IMG/VR virus record: IMGVR_UViG_3300029789_000007
Length of the DNA: 63,700 nucleotides
Source of the DNA: a virus
Reading direction: 5' to 3' (one strand)
This document shows positions 62,848-63,700 of the stretch, piece after piece (positions within the stretch are counted from its first letter, which is position 1; every line of letters starts with the position of its first letter). The notes under the pieces were generated by a model. It had not been told where the DNA came from and ran no database searches. It saw only the letters and a program-made list of their open reading frames with translations. Both the position numbers and the translations under genes were made by a program.

Positions 62848-63234
62848 ATGAAAAAATTATTTGTGAGTGTGCCTATGAAAGGCAGAACAGAGGAAGAAAT
62901 CAAAGCAAGTATTCAGAAGATGAAGAAGATTGCTGAAATATACGAGGGTGAGGAATTAGAGCTTATCGACAGCTATATTGAGGATAACCCACCGAAAGAC
63001 AGCAACGAAGGTGTATGGTATTTAGGTGAAAGCCTTAAGAAGCTGGCACAGGCCGATGTATTTATCGGAATTGATGAAGCATATGATTGGAATGGCTGCT
63101 ATATTGAAAGAGATACAGCGCAAAGATATGGTATTAAAGTGCATATAGTCCAAGTAAGGGGTGTAATTGATAATTACAATGCACTTTTACAGAAATTACA
63201 TCCGGTTTGCAACGACCCAGTGCTAACATTTTAA
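62848..63234 (+). CDS. DUF4406 / nucleoside 2-deoxyribosyltransferase-like fold protein
   Basis: MKKLFVSVPMKGRTEEE...ADVFIGIDEAYDWNGCYIERDTAQRYGIKV. Confidence 0.4.
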   Translation: MKKLFVSVPMKGRTEEEIKASIQKMKKIAEIYEGEELELIDSYIEDNPPKDSNEGVWYLGESLKKLAQADVFIGIDEAYDWNGCYIERDTAQRYGIKVHIVQVRGVIDNYNALLQKLHPVCNDPVLTF

Positions 63235-63300
63235 TAAAAATTTACCGGCTACAGATTGATTGTAGTCGCTACCCTAAAACAATTATAGGCAGAGGTCTAT

Positions 63301-63333
63301 AAGCACCTTTGCTTTTTAAAAGTGGAGGTGCTT
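63301..63333 (+). promoter_or_regulatory. Hairpin overlapping the terL Shine-Dalgarno (terminator-like)
   Basis: aagcacct 63301-08 pairs with aggtgctt 63326-33; the GGAGG at 63324-28 lies partly in the 3' arm; followed by ttttc. Confidence 0.45.
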
Positions 63334-63338
63334 TTCTT

Positions 63339-63700
63339 ATGGCTAGTCAGAGCCTTATTTCCACAGTAAACGGATATGAAAACTACATAAAGGATAAAGG
63401 AAAAGACGAGCAAGTAATTAATGCCTATGTAGACGCTTGCAGTGTAGCCATAAATGGCGAGAAAGATATTGAGTATGGACTACAGCTCACTAAGAGAGCA
63501 AAAGAGCTTATAGAGGGCTTCTGCACGGCTAAAACAGGTGGTACGATTTGGGATTTGGAAAAATACGCATTCGACCACAAGACTACATATGAGCTGATAA
63601 ACAAAAAATATGAGGTTTTGCTACTTGAAGCTCAAAACAAAATAGTTGACAGCTATTTTCAGTACATAGAGAAAAAGCGTGAGCCTAAAGACCGATTTTA
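63339..63700 (+). CDS. terL: Terminase large subunit, 5' portion (continues at base 1 after removing the 123-bp overlap)
   Basis: ATG 63339; (63618-63339) is divisible by 3, so it is in frame with the 41..1501 ORF. Confidence 0.85.
   Translation, partial: MASQSLISTVNGYENYIKDKGKDEQVINAYVDACSVAINGEKDIEYGLQLTKRAKELIEGFCTAKTGGTIWDLEKYAFDHKTTYELINKKYEVLLLEAQNKIVDSYFQYIEKKREPKDRF
63578..63700. repeat. Terminal overlap identical to 1-123
   Basis: See first feature. Confidence 0.95.

Noticed and set aside
1-63700. A second DGR target (remote VR) elsewhere in the genome
   Set aside because: Scanning by eye found no other copy of the conserved VR/TR flanks (gcctttgctcttttcggtggc or ggtggaac.tcggggcttct). 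This needs a computational search to be definitive.

Overview
The window is a complete, circularly closed genome of a temperate, siphovirus-type tailed phage. Bases 1-123 repeat 63578-63700, so the unique length is 63,577 bp. Gene content suggests a low-GC Gram-positive (Bacillota/Clostridia-like) host. Nearly all genes are on the + strand.

Gene order:
- Structural module: large terminase (starts 63339, wraps to 1501), portal, head morphogenesis, scaffold, major capsid, connector and head-tail genes with an embedded holin-like gene. Then major tail, a tail-chaperone pair with a -1 frameshift site, GH25 endolysin, tape measure and baseplate/fibre genes.
- Diversity-generating retroelement (DGR): VR 20893-21000 in the C-terminus of a fibre/receptor-binding protein, TR 21134-21241, reverse transcriptase 21375-22520.
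- Lysogeny and early genes: a leftward lysogeny block (22935-24762) faces a Cro-like/antirepressor early operon. Next come a RecT/SbcC-like/MBL recombination module, two SSB + GIY-YIG modules, a replisome-organizer/G39P-type replication module with phased iterons, and two DNA-methyltransferase-like genes.
- Integration (42.9-44.9 kb): a Tn916-type integrase with an Xis-like HTH gene and an arm-repeat-rich attP region.
- Accessory cargo (45-54.5 kb), mostly of unknown function: two RHH-led cassettes, Cys/Gly-rich and BclA-C-terminal-like proteins, a leftward island of small genes, and AT-rich non-coding DNA.
- 53.9-63.3 kb: a terS-like gene, a 1.3-kb ORF-free island of tRNAs, tRNA-like elements and structured RNA, a second initiator-like gene with internal iterons, an HNH gene, many small zinc-ribbon paralogues, a DUF2829 (Tad2-like) gene and an RtcB RNA ligase.

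The best-supported special system is the DGR. The RNA island plus RtcB, the duplicated replication hardware and the cargo cassettes are the other parts most worth follow-up. All functional names come from motif recognition by eye, not from database searches.
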